DNA of 23,946 bases from an archaeon. GTDB taxonomy: Archaea; Iainarchaeota; Iainarchaeia; Iainarchaeales; 0-14-0-20-34-12. Positions 1 to 7,109 of this stretch are shown piece after piece. The stretch is taken from NCBI GenBank assembly GCA_038046645.1, contig JBBSVU010000008.1:1-23946 (forward strand), in the 5' to 3' direction. Within the stretch, counting starts at the first letter, position 1. The number at the start of each line of letters is the position of its first letter. The notes beneath the pieces are model-generated. The model made no database searches and was not told where the DNA came from. It saw nothing but the letters and a program-made list of their open reading frames with translations. The translations under genes and the position numbers were made by a program.

Positions 1-3000
1 AGATTGCTTTAGCTATATCATCATACTGTGAAGTCGGGTGTAAAGCTGCTGTTGTGCTTGTACCATAATCAAACCCTGAAACTTTAGCTAAATCAACATA
101 TTCATCTATTTTGCCTTCTGATTTTTGCTGTTTTATCCAACTATTAACGTTAAGGATTGAAATAACATGGCTTTTCCAGGGAGTAATGGATACTGCAATT
201 ACCCTTTTTCCCTTGCTTTTTGCCAATGCATATATTTTGGAAAGGTTATTTTGTATGCTGGCAACTGTTGTTTCATCCGTTAATGCACTTACATCATTAG
301 TGCCGCCCATAACTACAATCTGGTCATAGTTGTCAATCACTTTGGCAATTTTTTCAGACATCCAAGAGCTCCACTTGCCGCAGCAGTAGGTGTAAGAATC
401 TGTAAAACAAGATGCAGCTTCGCACTTGGTGCCTTCAGCCTGCCCCTCGCTAAATGTAAAATTACAATTATTTTCTTGTGCCAATTTTTTTAATTCAGGC
501 GCATAGCCCATAGTAATGGAATCACCAAGCAGAGCAATCCTGTTCTTGCTTCCCTTGCATTTGTAATCTGCTTCTTTTACTTCTGCTGTTACTTGAGGAA
601 TTGTTACTGCAGCTGCACCTCTTACCATCATGTAAAACAACTGGTCGTATGCAGATTCATCAACACAGGCTAGGCATTGCAGGACTGAATTGCAGGTTGC
701 ACATTCCTTTGAAACAGGTATTGGAACCGGTGGAATAGGTCCAGGGGTTTTTCCTGCAAATAAATGTTTTAATACAAGCACATCAACAACATAATGCTCT
801 TTATCACAAGAAACATCAACTGTAACTGTTTTCTTTGCATCATTATAAGCGCAGTTATCAACAGCGTGTTCCCCACACCTGTAACCTAAAATGCCTAAAG
901 CTTCTCCAACAGTAACGCCTTCCATAAGACCTGCTATCTGTTTATCCGCAACCTCTTTGCAGCCAGCAGGAATGCTTTTTTCTGCATAGGTAATGCCGCT
1001 TACATACCTTAATTTTACAACAAGCTGCTCTGTTCCAACCTTTAAATTATTCTTGTAATTGCTCCAATTAAGCCAAGGTAGGCAGTAAGTATTTGGAGTA
1101 TAACCAGCAACTTTTTTGTCTACGCTTTCAGAACAACTGATTTTTTGGGCAGCATCAGCTATAGTATTGCACCAATCTGATTTAATATAATCTTCAGTAA
1201 GCTTTCCTTTAACGCATTTTCCGGAAACATCTGGATTCTCCTTACAATATTTACAAGCAGCAGTAGGATAATACAAACATTTTGCACCTTCTGCCTTTTC
1301 ACCGACAGTGCCCCAATTAGAATGATAGTATTCAACATTTACCTGCATTAAACCGCAGGATTCATTCTTTTGCGCATTGGCATAGAAATTGCTCTCCTTT
1401 TCAATTATTGCTTTCAGAAGGTCTGCTGGGTTATTTTTCACAATAACATCCAGGCCTTTTTTTTGGTCAACAAGCTTTGGGGCATTCTTCTGAATTTCAG
1501 ATTCATATTTTGAAATTCTGGATGAGGATTCAGCCATCTCGCTTGCCCAATGGGATTTTGTTTTATATGAATTTGCAGGGACATTATCCTTCCAGGCATT
1601 GGAAACTGCATCTGCAACATTTAAGCCATCAGGGAAATTCTTGCTCTCGCCTTTAAGTATTAAAACAACACCAGAGGTTGGGATTGCTTCTGCTTCTGCA
1701 ACAGCAACTGGTGCTTGGGTTCCACCAAGCAAGGCATAAAGGCCTGCAAGGTCTATTGGGTGAATATACAAATAAGGGTCAGAACTGAAATTAAACAAAC
1801 TCAAACCTAAGACCAGCAAATCTTCTCCAGGGCTAGTAACATAATTATTAGGCACATACTTAACAACTCCAGCTTTTGTTACAGCTACTACTGAGGCACA
1901 ACTCTTTAGGTCTTCTGTTTTAAGATAATCTATATAAGTAGCAGTCCCTGTGCCACAAATTGCGTTATTCAAATTAATATTAATTGGTTTGTTTTTTAAA
2001 GTTGGAATTGCATCAGCATATATTATCAGATTCAATGAATTTGCGTCTGCTGTTGAATTAAAACTTACTTCAAACAAAAGATTTAGATCTTCTGCATCTT
2101 TTAACAAAGATAGGGTTATAGTTTCTGCGTTATCCAAAACAATCGACTTGCTGTCACAAAAGATTGTATCAGATTTAACATCTAAATCAGTATCGGCAGT
2201 CAAAAGCACCTGTTCAAAATTAAATTTTGCTGATGTTATTGTTACAGGATCAGAATTAGCATGATCAATCCGTATTGCAGGATATCCAGTATAATCTGCT
2301 GGCTTTGCACAGTCTCCTGCAACTTGAGCTGCTGGTGCGCTTTCAATTGCACCATCACCAAAACTGCAAGGTTCTAAACCGTTTGTTGCGCTACTTAGCG
2401 ATTCTGCTATTGGTTTCATGTATAAATCATGAAAATATGCATCTGAGAATTCAATACGCTTCAGGGCAAATTCAAAATCATCCTCTCCACTCCCCAAACC
2501 ATGCTGATTTTTGCAAGCTGTGTTTAATTCAAAATCAATCTTTACTAACCAGTTAGGTACTTCGGATTCAGTTATACTGAAAGTATCTGCATTCCCATAA
2601 ACACTAATTGTTTTATCCTTTGCAAAACTTGCTGTTGGGAAAACAATTGTTTTAGTGTTATCAATAAGGCGAAAGCCTATTTCTTTGCTGCCATCAAGCA
2701 TTGTTGTTGGCATTATCTGCAAAATGTTTTTCAGCAATTTGCCTGGATTAGGTTTAAAGCCTGGGTTGCCACTTTTATCATAAATATACTGCCTTAGGTT
2801 AAGATATATTCCCTCATTCAACTTTGGAATGAATGAAACCTTGCTTGTTGGGGAAGCCTGGAGCAAATTAGCAGAGGTATCTAGTACATACTCGCATTCT
2901 TTAAGGTCATCAACTACTTGGACACTGACATCATCAGTAGCAGTGCTTCCTGCTTTCAGTGAAAAATTGCTATTGCCTAAATCTTTCGTGAATTGAATCG

Positions 3001-4780
3001 CATTAATAGCATCGCTTGGGTTTAAGGAAAATGCCTCAGAATTTGCAAGGTTAGTGCATGAATTCCTTCTTATTTCAAAGAATCTCTGGTCTTGGCAGTC
3101 ATAATTTCCCGATTCCACAGGAACGCAAAACAGATGTGGCTTATCTTCATAACATTGGTTTCCCATATCCTCTTCTCCGGTACAACCGTATTTTTTTTGC
3201 TCTGCAGGTTCACTTGTCACACAATCGGTAAGCATATTTGATTTAGTCTCAAAATCAAACTTCGCATTATCGCAGTTACCTTGAGTGCATTCACCATTAT
3301 CATAGCACTTAGTGCTTAGTACACTTTGGCATTTTCCGGCAACATTGACTCCATTGTCAAAATGCTGCCCTATGCAATAATTTTCACAATCAAACAAAGT
3401 ATAACAAGGAAAACCGTCCTTCAATTTTGGCTGGCATGTTCCTGTCTGAAAACCTGATGCTAATCCAGTCTCATCAACTGTTGTTAATCTTACACCAATA
3501 CACTCCAAATCAGCAGCACAATTACCAAAGTCATAACAATCAGCGCCTTCAAATAATCTTGCACCGCATGTTCCTTGAATAGAATCTGACCAATTTACAG
3601 AAGTACCGTCCTCAGTATATTGCATCTTTTGATTATAACGACCTATACACAAATTAGGGGCTGTACATTCTGAATCAATAAAACACTTTGTTGAAGCACT
3701 TGTTGTTTTTTCAGCAGCTTTATATGAAAATGGGGTTAATCCAGCAGTGTTCTGAAGGGCAGGATCAAGCACGCATAAAGGCGATTCTCCTTTAAAAGCA
3801 TCACCTGATTTTGGGATTACTTCAATTGTGTCATTCTTAACTTTAACAAACAGCATTGTTTTTTCTTGGGTGCAGCCACCATTTGCAAATTGCACTTGCT
3901 GCGAGGTTGTGCCTGTGTTTACAAATGCTGTATTCTGATAATTTGCCATAAAGAAAAGGTGTGTATGCCCGCCAAAGAAAACTGGGTTAATTCCGTTTGA
4001 TTTTAATAAACCAATAAAATCATCTGCAACAGGGCTGTTGTCGCCCAATATAGTGTCGTCGTCATCCAATGAACAGTTAAGGGAAGCCAAAGCATCTTTG
4101 TGCTTAGCTAGATTTGGGCTTGCTAATGGGAAATGTGAAAATATGAAAAAATGTTTTAGATTAGGATTAGCTTTAAATGCTGGGATTACATTAGTTAAAA
4201 TCCAATTCTTTTGAGAAAGATATTGATTTACACAACCTCCCCTCTTCCATATGGGAAGAACAACAAACATCGCATTTTTATGGGTAAAGGCATAAGAAGC
4301 TGGATAAACTGACTGCTGGACAATTTTGTCAGTTAAGAAATCTTTTGACAAAGGCTTAGATTCATTAAATTTGTCATAATCATGGTTTCCAATAACCGGC
4401 AGGATTGGCGGCGTATTTAAAGTTATTTTTGATTTTAAAATATCCCAAGCATTTGGGTTATTTTCATTTGGATCAACAGGGTCTGTGTAAACCATATCAC
4501 CGGTTGAAACTATGAAATCTACAGTATAAGGATAGCTTTGCACTGCATCCAAAGCATTTTTAAAGAATAATCCGGTAGGGTCTGAAGGAATGCTTGAATT
4601 ATGCTGCCCAATATGCATGTCTGAAATAATTGCAAATGTATATTCTTGGGAAGCTGTACCTGTAACATCTGCAGCTCCGCCTAAGCTTTGGGCAAATATA
4701 ATTGCCGGCAAAATAGATAATATAATCAGAAATAATAGATACCTATGCTCTGCAAACCTATGTTCTGCAACATTCATCAT
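1..4780 (-). CDS. Giant secreted multidomain hydrolase, partial (3' end beyond window): signal peptide, metallophosphoesterase, Cys-rich repeats, SLT-like lytic transglycosylase, SGNH hydrolase
   Basis: Translated by hand from ATG 4780 (GGTG upstream); same frame at every checkpoint down to position 2; no stop-terminated fragment of this frame appears in the ORF track. Signal RYLLFLIILSILPAIIFAQ. MPP motifs SDMH (4613-4624), TGD (4496-4504), GNHD (4379-4390), GGHTH (3959-3973). SLT motifs AIIEKESNF (1385-1411) and CGLMQV (1340-1357). SGNH motifs GDSIT (512-526), GGTND (293-307), LHP (35-43). Confidence 0.9.
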   Translation of the reverse strand, partial: MMNVAEHRFAEHRYLLFLIILSILPAIIFAQSLGGAADVTGTASQEYTFAIISDMHIGQHNSSIPSDPTGLFFKNALDAVQSYPYTVDFIVSTGDMVYTDPVDPNENNPNAWDILKSKITLNTPPILPVIGNHDYDKFNESKPLSKDFLTDKIVQQSVYPASYAFTHKNAMFVVLPIWKRGGCVNQYLSQKNWILTNVIPAFKANPNLKHFFIFSHFPLASPNLAKHKDALASLNCSLDDDDTILGDNSPVADDFIGLLKSNGINPVFFGGHTHLFFMANYQNTAFVNTGTTSQQVQFANGGCTQEKTMLFVKVKNDTIEVIPKSGDAFKGESPLCVLDPALQNTAGLTPFSYKAAEKTTSASTKCFIDSECTAPNLCIGRYNQKMQYTEDGTSVNWSDSIQGTCGARLFEGADCYDFGNCAADLECIGVRLTTVDETGLASGFQTGTCQPKLKDGFPCYTLFDCENYCIGQHFDNGVNVAGKCQSVLSTKCYDNGECTQGNCDNAKFDFETKSNMLTDCVTSEPAEQKKYGCTGEEDMGNQCYEDKPHLFCVPVESGNYDCQDQRFFEIRRNSCTNLANSEAFSLNPSDAINAIQFTKDLGNSNFSLKAGSTATDDVSVQVVDDLKECEYVLDTSANLLQASPTSKVSFIPKLNEGIYLNLRQYIYDKSGNPGFKPNPGKLLKNILQIMPTTMLDGSKEIGFRLIDNTKTIVFPTASFAKDKTISVYGNADTFSITESEVPNWLVKIDFELNTACKNQHGLGSGEDDFEFALKRIEFSDAYFHDLYMKPIAESLSSATNGLEPCSFGDGAIESAPAAQVAGDCAKPADYTGYPAIRIDHANSDPVTITSAKFNFEQVLLTADTDLDVKSDTIFCDSKSIVLDNAETITLSLLKDAEDLNLLFEVSFNSTADANSLNLIIYADAIPTLKNKPININLNNAICGTGTATYIDYLKTEDLKSCASVVAVTKAGVVKYVPNNYVTSPGEDLLVLGLSLFNFSSDPYLYIHPIDLAGLYALLGGTQAPVAVAEAEAIPTSGVVLILKGESKNFPDGLNVADAVSNAWKDNVPANSYKTKSHWASEMAESSSRISKYESEIQKNAPKLVDQKKGLDVIVKNNPADLLKAIIEKESNFYANAQKNESCGLMQVNVEYYHSNWGTVGEKAEGAKCLYYPTAACKYCKENPDVSGKCVKGKLTEDYIKSDWCNTIADAAQKISCSESVDKKVAGYTPNTYCLPWLNWSNYKNNLKVGTEQLVVKLRYVSGITYAEKSIPAGCKEVADKQIAGLMEGVTVGEALGILGYRCGEHAVDNCAYNDAKKTVTVDVSCDKEHYVVDVLVLKHLFAGKTPGPIPPVPIPVSKECATCNSVLQCLACVDESAYDQLFYMMVRGAAAVTIPQVTAEVKEADYKCKGSKNRIALLGDSITMGYAPELKKLAQENNCNFTFSEGQAEGTKCEAASCFTDSYTYCCGKWSSWMSEKIAKVIDNYDQIVVMGGTNDVSALTDETTVASIQNNLSKIYALAKSKGKRVIAVSITPWKSHVISILNVNSWIKQQKSEGKIDEYVDLAKVSGFDYGTSTTAALHPTSQYDDIAKAI

Positions 4781-4905
4781 AAACACCTGCTTACCATATA
4801 ACCCTTATAACGTTAAATAATTAAATTATTATAAAAACAATGTGTTAAATCCTTTATTAATATATCCCCTTATTACTTTAAGTTATTTTTTATTACTATT
4901 TTATT

Positions 4906-4968
4906 CAGCATGAGAATTTTAAAAAAGCAGAAGAGGTAATTGCATGGATAAAGAAACAGCAGAGATAA
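4906..4968 (+). pseudogene. Probable 3' remnant of a HEPN toxin gene
   Basis: Frame reads QHENFKKAEEVIAWIKKQQR*, like the last helix of archaeal HEPN proteins. It overlaps the MNT start and has no upstream start codon (stop at 4879-4881). Confidence 0.35.
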
Positions 4969-5258
4969 GCAAACGCTTTGCTGAAAAACTGAAAAAAGAA
5001 ATAAATCCGGAAAAAATATTGCTTTTTGGTTCAAGGGCTAGGGGGGATAATTTCAAAACAAGCGATTTTGATTTTATTATTGTTTCTGAAAAATTCAATG
5101 GGATACATTTCTTGGACAGAATGTCGGGCATTTACAAATATTGGGATAATGATTATCTTATTGAGCCTCTCTGCTACACTTCCAAAGAGTTCGAAATGAA
5201 AAAGAAGCAGATAGGGATAGTAAAAAAAGCTGTTGAAGAAGGCATTGAAATTTGCTGA
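4944..5258 (+). CDS. Minimal nucleotidyltransferase (MNT, HEPN/MNT antitoxin type)
   Basis: 104 aa with LFGSRARGD and SDFD (GS-x10-DxD) pol-beta-like motif; GAGGT upstream. Confidence 0.9.
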   Translation: MDKETAEISKRFAEKLKKEINPEKILLFGSRARGDNFKTSDFDFIIVSEKFNGIHFLDRMSGIYKYWDNDYLIEPLCYTSKEFEMKKKQIGIVKKAVEEGIEIC

Positions 5259-5290
5259 ATGTTAAAAATCTTATTTACGATTATGCGTGT

Positions 5291-5905
5291 TTATTCGCAC
5301 TTCTGCTTTTCTTCAGTAACCGCTGTCTGCATTGTATAAAGCTGTGATGTAAAATCCTTCAGCTGGTCTTCTGAAAAGAGTTTTTCTGAAAGCTTTGTAT
5401 TCTCATACTCTGTGGGATATTTCCCGGCAAATTCTGTAATTAAAGCAGTATTTGATTTGTAAATATTGACAAGCTCCTGCTGTGTTTTGTAAACAGCGTC
5501 TGCTTTGTCCAAGGAAGTGCATTTTTCTTCTTGGGACAAGGCATCAAATGCATCGGCATCAACCATAAGGGTTTTTCTTAAAATATATTCTTCGACAAAG
5601 TTCAGGTAAATTGTTGCCAAATCCTTGAGCGCATTTGCCTTGAAGCTTGGTTTTAGTGAATTAATCTTTGCGGTTGTTTTTGCAAAGGATGAATCAGGGA
5701 TTGAAACAATTACTTCTTTTGCTGGGCTTGAATAAAGGCCTATTGAATTTTCAACAAAAGCATTATCCAAAAGGTTTAGTCCTTCATCAAAATCTGCAAC
5801 GCTTGGCTGCTGGCCCACATACTGGTTGTATATTACATAACCGATTACCGCAAGCAGCACAATGACAATTATTGCTGTAGTTAGTTTCCTGTTTTTCTCT
5901 ACCAT
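5291..5905 (-). CDS. Hypothetical protein with N-terminal membrane anchor and helical extracellular region
   Basis: Likely start MVEKNRK at 5905 followed by TM TTAIIVIVLLAVIGYVIY; 204 aa. The track's 64-aa upstream extension looks non-coding. Confidence 0.75.
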   Translation of the reverse strand: MVEKNRKLTTAIIVIVLLAVIGYVIYNQYVGQQPSVADFDEGLNLLDNAFVENSIGLYSSPAKEVIVSIPDSSFAKTTAKINSLKPSFKANALKDLATIYLNFVEEYILRKTLMVDADAFDALSQEEKCTSLDKADAVYKTQQELVNIYKSNTALITEFAGKYPTEYENTKLSEKLFSEDQLKDFTSQLYTMQTAVTEEKQKCE

Positions 5906-6078
5906 CAAAAATAATAACAATGTATTACTATAAATAATTTGTGGTATGCACGCAGATAAGAAAATATTGGAAAATGCTGAAAGAAAACGTGCTAAGCCCT
6001 TTCCTAAAGCAAGATCTGTCTGAATTTGAATGCTGGCTTGTTGCTGACAAAGAATATTATTTTGGAAAGCTGAAACAG

Positions 6079-6122
6079 ATAAACTGATTGGTTGCATTAG
6101 AATAAACTGGTTGGTTGCTTTA
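6079..6122. repeat. Imperfect 21-bp direct repeat, period 23
   Basis: ataaactgattggttgcatta (6079-6099) vs ataaactggttggttgcttta (6102-6122), 19/21 identical. Confidence 0.7.
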
Positions 6123-6163
6123 TGCCATAATAAGATTTAAATTGATTCTTAAAGAGAATATTT

Positions 6164-6394
6164 ATGGGTAAAAAGAAGATGTATAAAATAACTGCAATAC
6201 TAGAAAAAGAGGATGATTGGTTTGTATCGCATTGCCTAGAATTGGGAATTGCTTCACAAGGTAAAAATAAGCAAGAGGCTTTGGAAAATTTAAGAGAGGC
6301 TTGTGAACTTTATATCGAGCATGCAGAACCTGAAGAATTGGCAAAAATAAAGATTAATAAAAAAGAGCCAATTGTTACAACTATTACTATTTAG
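6164..6394 (+). CDS. hicB: HicB-family antitoxin, short form without C-terminal DNA-binding domain
   Basis: ILEKEDDWFVSHCLELGIASQGKNKQEALENLREACELYIE matches the HicB partial RNase H fold pattern; TTTAAA at 6136-6141. Confidence 0.9.
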   Translation: MGKKKMYKITAILEKEDDWFVSHCLELGIASQGKNKQEALENLREACELYIEHAEPEELAKIKINKKEPIVTTITI

Positions 6395-6404
6395 GGTGAA
6401 TTCT

Positions 6405-6626
6405 TTGCCTAAACTTCCTGTTTTATCAGGCAAGGAATTGGTTAGAATATTAACAAAAAAAGGTTTTCAAACTTTAGGGCAAAAAGGCAGCCATGTTATT
6501 TTAATGAAAATAGTTAATGGCAAAAAAATCAAGACAGTAGTACCTATGCATCCGACCATAAAAATAGGGACATTACTTAGCATTTTAAGGCAAGCAGAAA
6601 TCAATAGGGATGAATTGGAAAATTGA
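6405..6626 (+). CDS. hicA: HicA-family mRNA interferase toxin
   Basis: PKLPVLSGKELVRILTKKGF..QKGSHVIL..TVVPMH..IGTLLSILRQAEI with the GSH motif. TTG at 6405 follows GGTGA (6395-6399); the start is inferred. Confidence 0.9.
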   Translation: MPKLPVLSGKELVRILTKKGFQTLGQKGSHVILMKIVNGKKIKTVVPMHPTIKIGTLLSILRQAEINRDELEN

Positions 6627-6628
6627 AA

Positions 6629-6808
6629 TGGGGTTGTTGGGATTCGGACCCAAGTCGCAGCCTAATTCGAGCTTTTACTAATGCCAGAATCTTTCTTTTT
6701 GAACGCTATATTCTCTTTTCTTTGATCCCTAGGAACTTTCTTTTCTCTTTTAGAGAAAAGAAAGTTGCTACCCGAAGGCTGAATCCTACCAGGCTAGACT
6801 ACAACCCC
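6629..6808 (-). tRNA. tRNA-Pro(CGG) with a 107-nt intron at 37/38 (intron 6664-6770)
   Basis: Acceptor GGGGTTG/CAACCCC plus A73; D arm GTCT..GGAT; anticodon stem CAGCC/GGCTG with loop TT-CGG-G|A; T arm TTGGG-TCCGAAT-CCCAA. BHB: TTCG pairs with intron CGAA, bulges GG|T and TT|A, outer helix AGC/GCT. CCA not encoded. Confidence 0.93.
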
Positions 6809-6969
6809 TGCTTAGAATATCATCATAAATCAAAAATAAAAAGGGGTATTATGGCAATTTTTGATTATTGCTTTTTGCCAGAGGACAAAAGCTTTGAATA
6901 ATAAACAACAGAAGAAACAAGCCTAAAAATCAGCATTCCCAAAAAAAGCGTGCGATTGACATTTACACA

Positions 6970-7046
6970 CAGGGTGTTGAAAAAGCATTAATAAATGAAT
7001 TGTCTTATGTTTCGAAAAGATATATCAATGGATGTTTAACACCCTG
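6970..7046. repeat. 77-bp segment bounded by imperfect inverted repeats (possible MITE or IS scar)
   Basis: cagggtgttgaa (6970-6981) vs tttaacaccctg (7035-7046): 11/12 match, 16/20 when extended. No clear target-site duplication. Confidence 0.45.
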
Positions 7047-7109
7047 ACCATGCATTTTGCAGCAATAAGGTTAAATATGTTTGCTGCCTCCATTTTTTAG
7101 GTTGGAAAA

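Noticed and set aside
111..4820. Short track ORFs 111-329, 1438-1620, 1950-2264, 2275-2556 and 4590-4820
   Set aside because: Antisense or off-frame shadows of the long minus-strand ORF, which carries the recognisable motifs.
5906..6097. N-terminal extension of the 268-aa ORF
   Set aside because: MVEKNRK followed by a TM at 5905 is a more natural start, and the extension crosses a TATA-like AT-rich stretch.
4800..6660. Integrated element at the tRNA 3' end
   Set aside because: No integrase and no duplicated tRNA 3' segment seen in the window; one could lie beyond the left edge.
6664..6770. C/D box guide RNA in the tRNA intron
   Set aside because: No RUGAUGA or CUGA box on the transcribed strand.
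6623..6901. 92-aa plus-strand ORF
   Set aside because: It is the antisense reading of the intron-containing tRNA-Pro.
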